In this document: positions 17,550 to 26,186 of the stretch, one piece after another
Layout: every line of letters begins with the position of its first letter
Numbering within the stretch: the stretch's first letter is position 1
DNA from: a virus
Taxonomy: Duplodnaviria; Caudoviricetes
IMG/VR virus record: IMGVR_UViG_3300038809_000043
Coordinates: 1 to 38,125 of that record
DNA length: 38,125 nt
Strand: one strand, 5' to 3'
The notes under the pieces: generated by a model
The model's database searches: none
What the model was told of the DNA's origin: nothing
The model's input: only the letters and a program-made list of their open reading frames with translations
Program-made: the position numbers and the translations under genes

Positions 17550-18856
17550 CAGTAATCCGTCGTGTAGTTGTCCAGGGCCGACATGTCCGGCTCGCTGTGG
17601 TCAGTGCTGAGATAGTCAACGGCCATCAGGCCGAAGGCGTCTGCGCCGTGGCTGGCCCAGTCGTGGTTGGGGCCGAATCCGATGTTTCGCGCTTCGTCGC
17701 GCTTCTCGTGATACCAGCCAAGCGCATCGCGCCCAGGCTCAGTACCGTCTGCGTGGAACCAGATGCTCGGGAACAGCCGGCGCACTGCCTCGATGCGGGT
17801 CATCGCGGCGCCTTGGCCCATGTTCGGGATCACCTTTACCTCAAACCCAGCCTTACGCAGCTCGCTCTCGTAGCTGACCGAGAACACCTTGTCGTGCGCC
17901 GCACCGTCATGTGGCAGCACGCACATGGCGCGCTCGTAGCCATTGCGCCGCAGCCAGTCCACATGCGTTGCCAGCGGCTGCCCAATGGCCTCGTAGTACC
18001 TCAGGACGCGCACCTCTCGCCCGATGAACTGGACGATCCAGATGGCGCAGGCGTCGGCCTTCGCGCCCGTGCCGCCGATATCCCAATAGGCCCGCAGCGT
18101 CATCAGTGGGTCGACGGCTACACGCCCAATGCGGCCCTCTTCCTGAGCCACCGCGATGGACTTGGCGAAGTAGGCGCCAGAGATCGCCACCACAAACCCG
18201 CCATTCCAGATGTGCTCGTACTGGTCTGGCCGCTCCTGCAGATCGCGCTGCCGGTCACGTTCGAGCTTGGCCGGAAATCTCGGGTTGTCCTGCCAGTTCA
18301 GCTCAACAACCTTGACCAGCGGATCGCCCGAGTTGCGGAAGCGCTCAACCGGCGCCGTCTTGCGGGCTGGGTTCCAAGTGATCCACAGCTCGGCGTTCCA
18401 CTGCTCACCCTCTTCACGCAACGTAGGGATCAACGTGTTCCAGGCATGCTCAGTGACCGGCTCCGCCTCATCGACCCAACACAGAAGAATCCGGCCCTTC
18501 GACTTCACCGACCCGATGTTTCGGTCCAGACCAGCAAAGGAGAACCAGACGTTGCCGTCCACGCTCTTCACGTACTTCTCGCCCACCTGCCAATAGGCAG
18601 CCAGCGCAGGCTCGTCCTCGATGGCCCGCTTGACCTCTTCCAGCGAAGAGTCGTCCAGCGAGTTCATGAACTGGCGAGCGCACAGGATCTGGCCCTTGAT
18701 GCCAGCCTGCCCGAACCGCATCCCCTGCACTGCAGCCATCTTGGCAAAGGACCTGGTCTTGCCTGAGCCGCGACCACCGTGAGCGCCGCGAACGTCTGCG
18801 CGCCCAAGGAACACCGGCCGCAACTTGCGCGGCAGCCGGATGGTCAGCTCAGTCAT
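17549..18856 (-). CDS. terL: terminase large subunit (PBSX/Terminase_3-like)
   Basis: Walker A GGRGSGKT, Walker B CWVDEA, WITWNP, nuclease WDIGG and HDWASHGADAF. Confidence 0.95.
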   Translation of the reverse strand: MTELTIRLPRKLRPVFLGRADVRGAHGGRGSGKTRSFAKMAAVQGMRFGQAGIKGQILCARQFMNSLDDSSLEEVKRAIEDEPALAAYWQVGEKYVKSVDGNVWFSFAGLDRNIGSVKSKGRILLCWVDEAEPVTEHAWNTLIPTLREEGEQWNAELWITWNPARKTAPVERFRNSGDPLVKVVELNWQDNPRFPAKLERDRQRDLQERPDQYEHIWNGGFVVAISGAYFAKSIAVAQEEGRIGRVAVDPLMTLRAYWDIGGTGAKADACAIWIVQFIGREVRVLRYYEAIGQPLATHVDWLRRNGYERAMCVLPHDGAAHDKVFSVSYESELRKAGFEVKVIPNMGQGAAMTRIEAVRRLFPSIWFHADGTEPGRDALGWYHEKRDEARNIGFGPNHDWASHGADAFGLMAVDYLSTDHSEPDMSALDNYTTDY

Positions 18857-19164
18857 TCCAGGTCAGCAAGCTTGAACGTGGTGACTGTCTTCACTGGGCC
18901 ACCGTCCTTGCCAACATGCTCGGTACGGTTGAGCTTCGGCGCAGCGTACTCGGCCAGCTTGCACAGCAGGTCAAGCGCCTTGGCGGGATCGGGTTTGCCG
19001 CTGTCGGTCCCGTCACCTTCTGCCACGGTAGTCAGCCAGCGCGCCACGTTCTCGCTGTTGTCTTCCAGCAGCTTGCGCACGGTCTCGCGGAACTCGGCCG
19101 TCTGCTTGTTCGGCGTGCCCTTCTTTCGGCCTCCGGCCTTCACTCGACCCTTAGGAGCGCCCAT
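18853..19164 (-). CDS. terS: terminase small subunit
   Basis: GGRKKGTPNK N-terminus, EHVGKDGGPV C-terminus, directly upstream of terL. Confidence 0.75.
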   Translation of the reverse strand: MGAPKGRVKAGGRKKGTPNKQTAEFRETVRKLLEDNSENVARWLTTVAEGDGTDSGKPDPAKALDLLCKLAEYAAPKLNRTEHVGKDGGPVKTVTTFKLADLE

Positions 19165-19185
19165 ATCTAGACTTATCCACAGTAG

Positions 19186-19578
19186 TTATGCCGTCGCTAC
19201 CAGCTGCGTCGGCCCGTTGATCCAGTTATCCGGCTGCATGTAGCGGGCTGGCAGGACCTGGATGACGTGGTGGGCGACGAAGCGCTCCCCGTTATCGAGG
19301 TCCACTGCCAGGCGAATGCAGGAAATGCCGTCTACCTGTGCGGTAACCATGACCTGACAGGCACGTCCACTCACATCGATAGACGGATCGGCCATCACAG
19401 CTGGGTAGTTGTCCCAGGTGTTCCATGTGGCCTTGGTGATCTTCACCCCAGCAGGCAGCGCCCCATTGAAGTCAGTGACCAGCGCCCGGCGCTCCGGCGC
19501 ATAGATGCGAGCCTGGAACACGCGGTCACGGTTGTAGCCACTGACGATGTTGCGGGTGGCGCGGCCCATGTCACTCAC
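19186..19578 (-). CDS. hypothetical protein (130 aa, beta-rich)
   Basis: Overlaps end of Rz-like gene; phage-like codon usage; no motif recognised. Confidence 0.6.
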   Translation of the reverse strand: MSDMGRATRNIVSGYNRDRVFQARIYAPERRALVTDFNGALPAGVKITKATWNTWDNYPAVMADPSIDVSGRACQVMVTAQVDGISCIRLAVDLDNGERFVAHHVIQVLPARYMQPDNWINGPTQLVATA

Positions 19579-20035
19579 GGTCAGCCCTCACCAAGGCTTG
19601 GAGCCCACGGACTTGGGCGTCACAGGCGGCAGCGGCACGAACAATTCGGCCCGCACTGTCTGCTCGGTCGTCGGTTCTGTCATCAACGGGGCCGGAGCTG
19701 GCGGCAAGATCGGACACTCGGGCCTCACAGCCTGCCCAGCGCTGCTGCAGGCGGAGGTTGCCAGCACGCAGGCCATCAGCGACAGCCGCGCCTTTCGATT
19801 CAGCATCTCGCATCTCCTCAAGGGTCTTGGCTGCGATGGTGTCGGCCCGCTTGACCCGCTGACGCTCTACCGCGATCACGGCTATGGCGTTGTCGCGCTC
19901 TTGCTCTGCGACTGCCTTGGCGGTGTGTGCATGATCCCGAGCGCGCTCTGCCTGAGCCACTGTCCCGCGCTGCCACACGGCGATGCCTGCCAGGAGCAGT
20001 ACAGCTCCCAGCAGGATACGGGACAGGATGCTCAT
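19571..20035 (-). CDS. Rz: inner-membrane spanin (Rz-like)
   Basis: N-terminal TM (ILLGAVLLLAGIAVW), coiled coil, LRAGNLRL, CDAQVRGLQ; start ATG 20035. Confidence 0.8.
   Translation of the reverse strand: MSILSRILLGAVLLLAGIAVWQRGTVAQAERARDHAHTAKAVAEQERDNAIAVIAVERQRVKRADTIAAKTLEEMRDAESKGAAVADGLRAGNLRLQQRWAGCEARVSDLAASSGPVDDRTDDRADSAGRIVRAAAACDAQVRGLQALVRADRE
19588..19806 (-). CDS. Rz1: outer-membrane spanin lipoprotein (Rz1-like), embedded in Rz
   Basis: Lipobox-like LATSA-C, Pro-rich CPILPPAPAPLM, fully nested in another frame of Rz. Confidence 0.75.
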   Translation of the reverse strand: MLNRKARLSLMACVLATSACSSAGQAVRPECPILPPAPAPLMTEPTTEQTVRAELFVPLPPVTPKSVGSKPW

Positions 20036-20036
20036 C

Positions 20037-20303
20037 TCAGGCCTGGTCGATCCGCTGCTTGATCCACGAGCAGGCCAGACCGAACGCAGCCGTACCCCAA
20101 AGGATGTGGCGCATCGAGTCCGGCACTGGGCCGAGGGCCAGGACACTGGTGTAAAGCTCCGGCAGAGCAGCCACGAAGCCCCAGATATAGGTCGTGTACT
20201 TCTTCGCCATCACCTTCGGGCACTCGACGCCCTGCGGAACGACACTGGAGCGCGCCTGTTTCCTGCCTCCACCAATGATGATGGTCTCTTCTTCACTCGG
20301 CAT
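20037..20303 (-). CDS. putative holin
   Basis: Two hydrophobic segments and C-terminal WIKQR, in lysis cassette. Confidence 0.55.
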   Translation of the reverse strand: MPSEEETIIIGGGRKQARSSVVPQGVECPKVMAKKYTTYIWGFVAALPELYTSVLALGPVPDSMRHILWGTAAFGLACSWIKQRIDQA

Positions 20304-20604
20304 CGCTCTTGTCCTTGCTGTTCTGGGGCTTGAGGATGCCCGTGTTGATGTAGGCGCGAATGGCGTTCTCGCCGTCGCGTCGTTCTCGGAGCTGGGCGCG
20401 GATCTCGGCGCGGTCGCTGATCAGCCACATGCCGCCCATCAGGGCGACGGCCAGCATGACCATGCAGCAGGTCCCGGAGATCCAGACCATCCATGAGCTG
20501 CCGCCAACCAAGTTGACGTTGATATTGGAGTCGCCTCCAACCCTTGCGCCCATCAGGCCACGCAACAGGCCGACGCCTTCTGCCATATCTGCATCAGGCT
20601 TCAC
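20293..20604 (-). CDS. membrane protein in lysis cassette
   Basis: One TM segment (WMVWISGTCCMVMLAVALMGGMWLI). Confidence 0.6.
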   Translation of the reverse strand: MKPDADMAEGVGLLRGLMGARVGGDSNINVNLVGGSSWMVWISGTCCMVMLAVALMGGMWLISDRAEIRAQLRERRDGENAIRAYINTGILKPQNSKDKSDAE

Positions 20605-20951
20605 CCTGCGCTCCTTTTGGTTGCAGATGCCGCGCTAGCCCCTTCGATCCGGGCCATCGTCAGGCCCAATGCCTGTAGCTGGGCGCCAGTCGATTCGATG
20701 CTGCTCGCCATCTTGTCCAGAGTCTTGTCCAGACGCTCCAGCGTTGACTGCAGGTCGTGGTCCTTTACGTATTCCTCGACCATCGTCAGGTGAACTTTGG
20801 CGATGTCCTTCTGCAGGCTCCCAATCAGGCCGGTTATCTCGGTGATCTTGGCCCGCTGCCCACTGATGACCCAGCCCGCGATTGACAACGCAACGGTCAG
20901 CAGCAGCCCTAGAGCCGTGCCGCACGTTGCGAGGATCTGGAAGGCATTCAC
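20601..20951 (-). CDS. membrane-anchored coiled-coil protein in lysis cassette
   Basis: N-terminal TM, EEYVK motif, heptad-rich tail. Confidence 0.65.
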   Translation of the reverse strand: MNAFQILATCGTALGLLLTVALSIAGWVISGQRAKITEITGLIGSLQKDIAKVHLTMVEEYVKDHDLQSTLERLDKTLDKMASSIESTGAQLQALGLTMARIEGASAASATKRSAG

Positions 20952-21385
20952 TCTCTGAACACCCTTTGCTCGTCCAGACGCCGGTTGGTAAGGCCCTTCA
21001 TGACCTTTCCGCCAGCCCGGTTCCAGCGGGTGAACTCAGCAGCAGCGCCAGCCACGTCCCCCTCGTTGAACTTCCGCAGCAGGGTCGAATTGGCGAACGC
21101 TTTGGCGCCGATGTTGTACGCCAGGCTGGTCATGGCCCCGATCTGGGCGTCAGTGGCTGGCTTCTTCACCGCCGACTGGACGCCCTTTAGGAACCGGGTC
21201 ACGTCCTGCGCCAGCCGCTCATCTGCCTGCGCCTGAGTCCACTTCACGCCCTTGGCGATCCCGGGGCCTGTAGCGCCATAGCCAATCGTCCAAGGATCTC
21301 CGCCAGTGCCAGGGTCCGGGTACGCCTCAAGCCTACAGCCCTCCCATTTCTTCACTAGGGAAACGGCATAGGCAAGGGCAGACAC
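20948..21385 (-). CDS. endolysin, GH24 lysozyme
   Basis: Catalytic E-x8-D pattern (EGCRLEAYPD), WTIGYG, SLAYNIG, STLLRKFN, GLTNRR. Confidence 0.93.
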   Translation of the reverse strand: MSALAYAVSLVKKWEGCRLEAYPDPGTGGDPWTIGYGATGPGIAKGVKWTQAQADERLAQDVTRFLKGVQSAVKKPATDAQIGAMTSLAYNIGAKAFANSTLLRKFNEGDVAGAAAEFTRWNRAGGKVMKGLTNRRLDEQRVFRE

Positions 21386-21400
21386 GAATGGCTCCTAGGG

Positions 21401-21476
21401 TGGTAGCAGCGCCCCGAGTCGAATGGGGTATCTCCGGGTTATGAGCCCGACAACCTGCCGGTGGTCCACAGCTGCT
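21401..21476 (-). tRNA. tRNA with CAT anticodon, initiator (fMet)-like, non-canonical
   Basis: Minus strand AGCAGCTG TG GACC-ACCGGCA-GGTT G TCGGG-CTCATAA-CCCGG AGATA CCCCA-TTCGACT-CGGGG CGCTGCT A CCA; encoded CCA. Confidence 0.75.
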
Positions 21477-21480
21477 GGAA

Positions 21481-21512
21481 TGAAAAAGCCCCCGCATCTC
21501 TGCAGGGGCTAC
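21481..21512 (-). terminator. tR'-like terminator at start of late operon
   Basis: Minus strand AGCCCCTGCA-GAGA-TGCGGGGGCT-TTTTCA between Q and tRNA/lysis genes. Confidence 0.75.
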
Positions 21513-21562
21513 TTTGGTCGCGCGTAGGATGACACCTAAAACGAGGTCAGGTCACGACCTCA
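21513..21562 (-). promoter_or_regulatory. candidate late promoter pR' / Q-utilisation region
   Basis: Only non-coding gap between Q stop and the terminator; GTGACC...CATCCT boxes and inverted repeat GAGGTC-N7-GACCTC (21543-21561). Confidence 0.4.
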
Positions 21563-22258
21563 TGCTGCCTCCCGTTTTACGGCATCCGCCATCTGGCGGG
21601 CTGCCTCTGCCTCAGCGTCACGGATCCGCTCAAACAGCCACTGGTAGCAGTCCTTCCAGTCGCGCCGGAAGTTGGACGGATCCTTGCCTAGCTTCCTTGC
21701 CCGCCAGCCGTCGCTATTCTTGGTGTGGCCCGTGCCGTCGCAGTCAGTGCAAGCCTTGACCAGCTCCCCGGCCAGAATGGTCCCGCGCCCCTGGCACGCC
21801 CCGCAGTTCCTCGGGCAGGCTATCTCCTCCACGATGACGCGCAGCAGTGTGGGCAGCATCTCAGGCATGCGCTCAGGCCATTGATCCTCTCGGGCCTTGT
21901 CCAGCGCAGTCTGCGCCCTATAGACCTCTGACCGCTGGTCGGCGGTGTCAGCGCGGTGCCACTGCCGCAGAGCCATCGCGATCCCGTAGGTGATTCGGGC
22001 ATCGGTTACTTGCCCTTCCCTGCGTCGATACTCGGTCAGCGCCAGGTGGGTGAACAGGGCATCCAGCCTGCGTCGGCTCAATGCTGCCCCATCCGGCCAA
22101 TGGCAGGCAATGAACACCTCCCTGCCCAGTCCTGCCGGAACGAAGGCAAGGGCGGCGGCGATGTCCTGGTTGGTCAGCTCCGGAATCCCGCCCCGCCCAG
22201 TGTCCAGCCTGACGGTCTGCTGGTTGAGCCGTGCGGGCAGTTCGCGAACGTCAGTCAT
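21560..22258 (-). CDS. Q: late-gene antitermination protein Q-like
   Basis: ELTNQDIAAAL, CGACQGRG...CTDCDGTG zinc finger; last gene before late promoter; start ATG 22258. Confidence 0.75.
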   Translation of the reverse strand: MTDVRELPARLNQQTVRLDTGRGGIPELTNQDIAAALAFVPAGLGREVFIACHWPDGAALSRRRLDALFTHLALTEYRRREGQVTDARITYGIAMALRQWHRADTADQRSEVYRAQTALDKAREDQWPERMPEMLPTLLRVIVEEIACPRNCGACQGRGTILAGELVKACTDCDGTGHTKNSDGWRARKLGKDPSNFRRDWKDCYQWLFERIRDAEAEAARQMADAVKREAA

Positions 22259-22487
22259 TGGATGCCTCCAGTCTTGTGTATAGACGGGCCTGACGCCCGA
22301 AGGTGTATCGCTTGGTGCCACGATTGCCGGTTTCGATTACATGGCCGACTTTTGCCATGCGGGAGACGCTCTGGGCGAAGTGCAGGCGCTCGGCCTGCTT
22401 CACTCCAATCCCATCCACGATGTCCCCCATGAAGTGCCACCCCGGGTTCTCTGCCAGCCACTGCCGGATCTGCTGGGCGCGGCTCAT
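22251..22487 (-). CDS. small winged-helix-like protein (78 aa)
   Basis: MSRAQQIRQWLAENPG...SRMAKVGHV...RYT; ATGA overlap. Confidence 0.55.
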   Translation of the reverse strand: MSRAQQIRQWLAENPGWHFMGDIVDGIGVKQAERLHFAQSVSRMAKVGHVIETGNRGTKRYTFGRQARLYTRLEASND

Positions 22488-22957
22488 GCGGCTCTCCGGC
22501 TGTTCTCCGGGGTGATACCAGCCACGGTCACGGCCACCCCCAGCGCAGCCCATGCGTGCGACTTGACGCCATAGGTCGGTCCCGGAGCCTTCTTGGTGCC
22601 CTGCGGACCGATCAGGTCCAGCAGCGCCTGCCGGATGTTGGCGTCCTTGGCCTTGGCGTTACCGCACAGGTGCAGCTTCACGTCACGACGGTAGACGAGC
22701 CTGACCGATGCTGGCACTCTCCACGCCTGCTGGAATCGCCCGACCCACACGCAGGTCTCGAACACCTCGCGGCCCACAGCCATGCCGTAGCTGGCGATCA
22801 TCTCTATGGCCAGCTCGTCCTCGCTGTAGCGGCTCCAGCCAGCCACTACGGTCAACAGCTCATGGTTCGGCATCACGCCGGATTCCTGGACGCTGCCATC
22901 CCTCAGCAGGCACCACCCGCTTTCCTCGGTGCCGGGGTCGATGGCTAGGATTCTCAC
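22484..22957 (-). CDS. RuvC-like Holliday junction resolvase
   Basis: RILAIDPG, LAIEM, GNAKAKD, HAWAALGVA; GTG start overlapping upstream TGA. Confidence 0.75.
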   Translation of the reverse strand: MRILAIDPGTEESGWCLLRDGSVQESGVMPNHELLTVVAGWSRYSEDELAIEMIASYGMAVGREVFETCVWVGRFQQAWRVPASVRLVYRRDVKLHLCGNAKAKDANIRQALLDLIGPQGTKKAPGPTYGVKSHAWAALGVAVTVAGITPENSRRAA

Positions 22958-23325
22958 GCCGCCTCCCCGATGCCAAGCATCTTGTTCTGGCGCTCCAGCA
23001 GATAGGCGTCGCTGCCGAACGCCGCGTGGAACGTCTTGCTGCCGTCCATGAGGCTGGGGCCGTAATGGGCCCTCATTTCCTGATGGGTGCAGCCCCAGTT
23101 GACCAGCCCACGGTGATGCCAAGCACAGAGACCCACGCCAGCCATGTGCCCAATGCGCCGACCGCCACTCAGCAGGTGGTGGTAATCACAGCCCGGGTGG
23201 ACCATGAAGAACTGCGGCGCGTCCTCCTGCTCGCTGCGGATGACGCAGGCCACGCACAGGCCTTCCTTGCAGGCAACGATGCGCGCAGCCTCGGCTTCGG
23301 TCGGGGTTCCGGTGGAGTGCTTCAT
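22954..23325 (-). CDS. Ref-family recombination enhancement nuclease (HNH-like)
   Basis: CVAC, YHH, GLCAWHHRG, FHAAFGSD. Confidence 0.75.
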   Translation of the reverse strand: MKHSTGTPTEAEAARIVACKEGLCVACVIRSEQEDAPQFFMVHPGCDYHHLLSGGRRIGHMAGVGLCAWHHRGLVNWGCTHQEMRAHYGPSLMDGSKTFHAAFGSDAYLLERQNKMLGIGEAA

Positions 23326-23648
23326 CGGCGGCGCTCCCAGCGGTATCGGGGCTTCTTTAACTCATAGCCCACCAGGTTGTGGCCCTCCCAGGTTTCGTAG
23401 AACCCACCCGGAGATACCTCGACCCACCTACCATCGGCGCACGTCCGGCGATCAGTGATCGTCGCCCATCGGAGCCTGGCCTTGGCAATCTGTGCTGGGC
23501 TGAACCAGTACGGGTGGCTGATCGGGTTGATTGCATTCGCCATGCCACGCAGTTGCAGCCGATGCCATTCGACGCTCTGAGCGTTTGCGACTCCCTGCAT
23601 AGGGTCAATGGCCGGGCTAGACCAATCCTGACGGAAGATGTCCATCAC
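23322..23648 (-). CDS. hypothetical protein
   Basis: Tiles the operon with 4-nt overlaps on both sides. Confidence 0.55.
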   Translation of the reverse strand: MMDIFRQDWSSPAIDPMQGVANAQSVEWHRLQLRGMANAINPISHPYWFSPAQIAKARLRWATITDRRTCADGRWVEVSPGGFYETWEGHNLVGYELKKPRYRWERRR

Positions 23649-23833
23649 ACCCTCCCCTGTCGCCGATGTTCGTCCTGATCCGCCCGGCCCCAGTAGTGCT
23701 GGAACGCCATGGCCTCGTCCGTCCCTTCATCGAACGGGCACGAGGTGATCGGCTTGCGGTCGAGCCTGGCGCTGTAGCCTAGATTGCTCGCCTCAGACAG
23801 GCGGCTGCGGTCCTTGTAGCTGGAGAGGTTCAT
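23645..23833 (-). CDS. Rmf/CrpP-fold-like small protein (62 aa)
   Basis: GYSARLDRKPITSCPF...AFQHYW resembles the RMF pattern GYxAGxxGrsxexCPY...WxxGW; start ATG 23833. Confidence 0.5.
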   Translation of the reverse strand: MNLSSYKDRSRLSEASNLGYSARLDRKPITSCPFDEGTDEAMAFQHYWGRADQDEHRRQGRV

Positions 23834-24144
23834 TCGCCCTTCTCCCCGGCGAGGTCGGCGCGAAGGTAGCGGACCACGTGCAGGCCATGCGCCTCCGCAT
23901 ATGACTTCGCAGACGCTTCTGTCAGGGCAGGGATACTGTGATCGATGACCACCCACACCTCCTCCGGCCCAACCGGCTCGGAGATGATGGCGTACTCAAC
24001 CTCAGCCCAGTTCCAGTAGGGCCGGCTATTCTCCATCCAGTGGCTAGACATATGGCGAACAGCCACCCTCCGCCCCTCAGCCGCAAGCCGCATGACCTCG
24101 GCCTTCCCCGCCGTAGTGCTGGTGTCGATCTGTTCAAGATTCAT
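23830..24144 (-). CDS. hypothetical protein
   Basis: GGAGAGG SD before ATG 24144; PYWNWAEVEY motif; ATGA overlap. Confidence 0.6.
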   Translation of the reverse strand: MNLEQIDTSTTAGKAEVMRLAAEGRRVAVRHMSSHWMENSRPYWNWAEVEYAIISEPVGPEEVWVVIDHSIPALTEASAKSYAEAHGLHVVRYLRADLAGEKGE

Positions 24145-24367
24145 GACCGACCTCTCCTTTAGCGCAAATCTCAATCATTCGATCTGCCCACTTATGCGCA
24201 GATCCGATTTTCTTGACCAACGTGCGCGGCGAGTTGATAAACCAGCTATTGAAGAACTGCAGGCCAACACGGCGGCCGTCGGCTGCGAACACCGAAGCCA
24301 CGACCATGCCTGTGTCGGTAACTTCAATCTTCTTTCGATAGCAGGTACAGATATGTTCGAGGTTCAT
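24134..24367 (-). CDS. hypothetical protein (77 aa)
   Basis: Tiles the operon. Confidence 0.55.
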   Translation of the reverse strand: MNLEHICTCYRKKIEVTDTGMVVASVFAADGRRVGLQFFNSWFINSPRTLVKKIGSAHKWADRMIEICAKGEVGHES

Positions 24368-25047
24368 GCGGCGTCTCCGTTGATTTGCAGCATGGTCAAG
24401 GCGCGCCCGAACACGCAGCCGGTGTCGATGTAGCAGACGTTGCCGAGCCTAGTTGGCTGCTTCACTGGTGTGTGACCTACGAACATGAGGGCCACTCCCT
24501 CAACGCCTGATTCGTCCATCTCGCGGATACGGTCACGAGACCACATCGCGAACTCAGCCAACGACTTGGCGTGGTTGTTGGATCGCGGGGCCTCCACCTG
24601 ATCGGTAAAGGCTTTCCAGTCGTTGCCAGCGATGTCGGCATGAACGATGCCTACCAGGCCTGACGCCGTATCCACTTCGATGCACAGCGGAAGCGTGTCC
24701 AGAGCGGCAGCCATCCGCTGCTGGCGCTCCTCCTCCATCGATAGGAACCAGCCGCCGCCGTTCTGCAGATAGTTGGCTAGGTCGTGCCTGCCCGCAGCTA
24801 CGCCGATAGCCATCTGTTCATGGTTTCCGCGCACGGCGTGAAACCAATCCTGTCCGATCCAGTTGATTGCGTCAGCGGAGAGCGGCCCTCGGTCAACGAG
24901 GTCGCCAACGGAGAAAATCCGATCCCTCGCTGGGTCGAACTCCACGCGATCCATCTCGCCGCACAGTTCATCAAAGCACCCGTGAATGTCACCGACCACG
25001 AAATCGCGGCCAGACTCGTTCCTTTCAAATCTCTGGACAAGACTCAT
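24364..25047 (-). CDS. Ser/Thr protein phosphatase (lambda NinI/PphA-like metallophosphoesterase)
   Basis: GDIHG, GDLVDRG, RGNHE, GHT, IDTG motifs. Confidence 0.93.
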   Translation of the reverse strand: MSLVQRFERNESGRDFVVGDIHGCFDELCGEMDRVEFDPARDRIFSVGDLVDRGPLSADAINWIGQDWFHAVRGNHEQMAIGVAAGRHDLANYLQNGGGWFLSMEEERQQRMAAALDTLPLCIEVDTASGLVGIVHADIAGNDWKAFTDQVEAPRSNNHAKSLAEFAMWSRDRIREMDESGVEGVALMFVGHTPVKQPTRLGNVCYIDTGCVFGRALTMLQINGDAA

Positions 25048-25487
25048 GCTACTGCCCTCTGAAGGTTGTACGAACGGTCCGGATCAGGGATGAACACCCC
25101 AGCGCGGGCGCCGACTCGTTGGCAAAATTCGACGTAGCCCCAGAAGGCGCGACCTTCCAGTACGTCACGGTTTCCGTGTTCGTCGGTGGTTGTGGTGCGG
25201 ATCGGGACCTGTTCGGTTCGGCCACCTGGGAGTCGCTTCTCACGCCAGCCGAAGTGGCAGCCCAGCAGGTACTCGTGCACGTCGTCGCGCTCGTAGCCCT
25301 TGGCATCTGCCAGCAGCGGGTACACGACAGCCCACAGGTACGCGCACTGCGGCGGAGTCCGCTCAGGCCGAGCAATGCTGATCTTCACGTTCACCGGCTT
25401 ACCGGCATGGGCGAAGCGCAGCATTTCCGACAGGTTCTTGATCGCCGATTCGCGTCCGTTCGGCGGAAGGGTGACGATCTGGGTCAT
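25044..25487 (-). CDS. NinB-family recombination protein
   Basis: RTPPQCAYLWAVVY, VHEYL, RTTT, YVEFCQ pattern; nin region. Confidence 0.65.
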   Translation of the reverse strand: MTQIVTLPPNGRESAIKNLSEMLRFAHAGKPVNVKISIARPERTPPQCAYLWAVVYPLLADAKGYERDDVHEYLLGCHFGWREKRLPGGRTEQVPIRTTTTDEHGNRDVLEGRAFWGYVEFCQRVGARAGVFIPDPDRSYNLQRAVA

Positions 25488-25798
25488 GCCGCAGCCTCCG
25501 GCGGAGCAGGCAGCGGCTGCCAGTGGGTGATCGTCTCGTGGTCATCGGCGCTGCCGGCCACCCACGCGCCTGTCACGGCATATCCGCCTGCTCGCGAGTC
25601 CCACAGCATCAACCTCGTTCCATCCTTCGGCGCCGTCTCAATCGGCCGCCACTGTGGTGCGCGGGTGTTCCAGCTATCCACCCCGCTCACGGGCCCTACG
25701 CAGCATCCCGGAGTTAGGCACTGCGCATGGGTTCCTTCCTGAACCATGAAGGCGCTCCCTCCACAGAACGGACATTCCTTCAGTTCGATTGCGCTCAC
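25484..25798 (-). CDS. Lar-like zinc finger fused to DUF551-like domain
   Basis: LKECPFCGG...WNTRA then WRPIETAPKDGT...ITHWQPLPAPP; GTG start. Confidence 0.7.
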   Translation of the reverse strand: MSAIELKECPFCGGSAFMVQEGTHAQCLTPGCCVGPVSGVDSWNTRAPQWRPIETAPKDGTRLMLWDSRAGGYAVTGAWVAGSADDHETITHWQPLPAPPEAAA

Positions 25799-26058
25799 GC
25801 CATCACCTCCTGCAGGTTGTCCATCAGCTGCTGGAAGGTGTACTCGCTCGGGGCGGAGCCTTCTGGGAGGATAGGTTCCAGAATCCAATCGGCTTCCCAC
25901 TTCTCGCAATACCAGTCATCCCGGCCGATGGCTTCAACATCCCAAGAATCTACGCCTTCTTGGATTGACTCACCGACGATTCGGGCCTCTTCCCCTTCAA
26001 TACGCGGGTCCTCGCAATCAATAACCCGCACCCTCTGCCCCACGAAGAACTTGCTCAC
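25795..26058 (-). CDS. hypothetical protein (SH3/KOW-like start)
   Basis: KFFVGQRVRV; GTGA overlaps. Confidence 0.6.
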   Translation of the reverse strand: MSKFFVGQRVRVIDCEDPRIEGEEARIVGESIQEGVDSWDVEAIGRDDWYCEKWEADWILEPILPEGSAPSEYTFQQLMDNLQEVMA

Positions 26059-26186
26059 TTCTCACCCCCAATCCAGGTACGGATGAACCAGCGCACGTCG
26101 CACAGCTTCCAGCCCACGACTGCGGCGATCTCGGCCACGCTGCAGCGCTCGGCGTGCAGGAGGCGGACGGTTGATGCTTTGCTCAT
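26055..26186 (-). CDS. small HTH-like peptide (43 aa, MSKASTVRLLHAERCSVAEIAAVVGW...)
   Basis: Not in ORF track; fills the gap exactly with ATGA/GTGA overlaps. Confidence 0.55.
   Translation of the reverse strand: MSKASTVRLLHAERCSVAEIAAVVGWKLCDVRWFIRTWIGGEK

Noticed and set aside
13425-18766. Long plus-strand ORFs antisense to coat, scaffold, portal and terminase (e.g. 13425-14879, 16179-17555, 17597-18766)
   Set aside because: Shadow frames of GC-rich genes; no motifs, and the opposite strand carries clear conserved proteins
24364-25047. Phosphatase as part of a novel defence or signalling system
   Set aside because: Ordinary lambda NinI-type gene in its usual nin-region context, with no partner kinase
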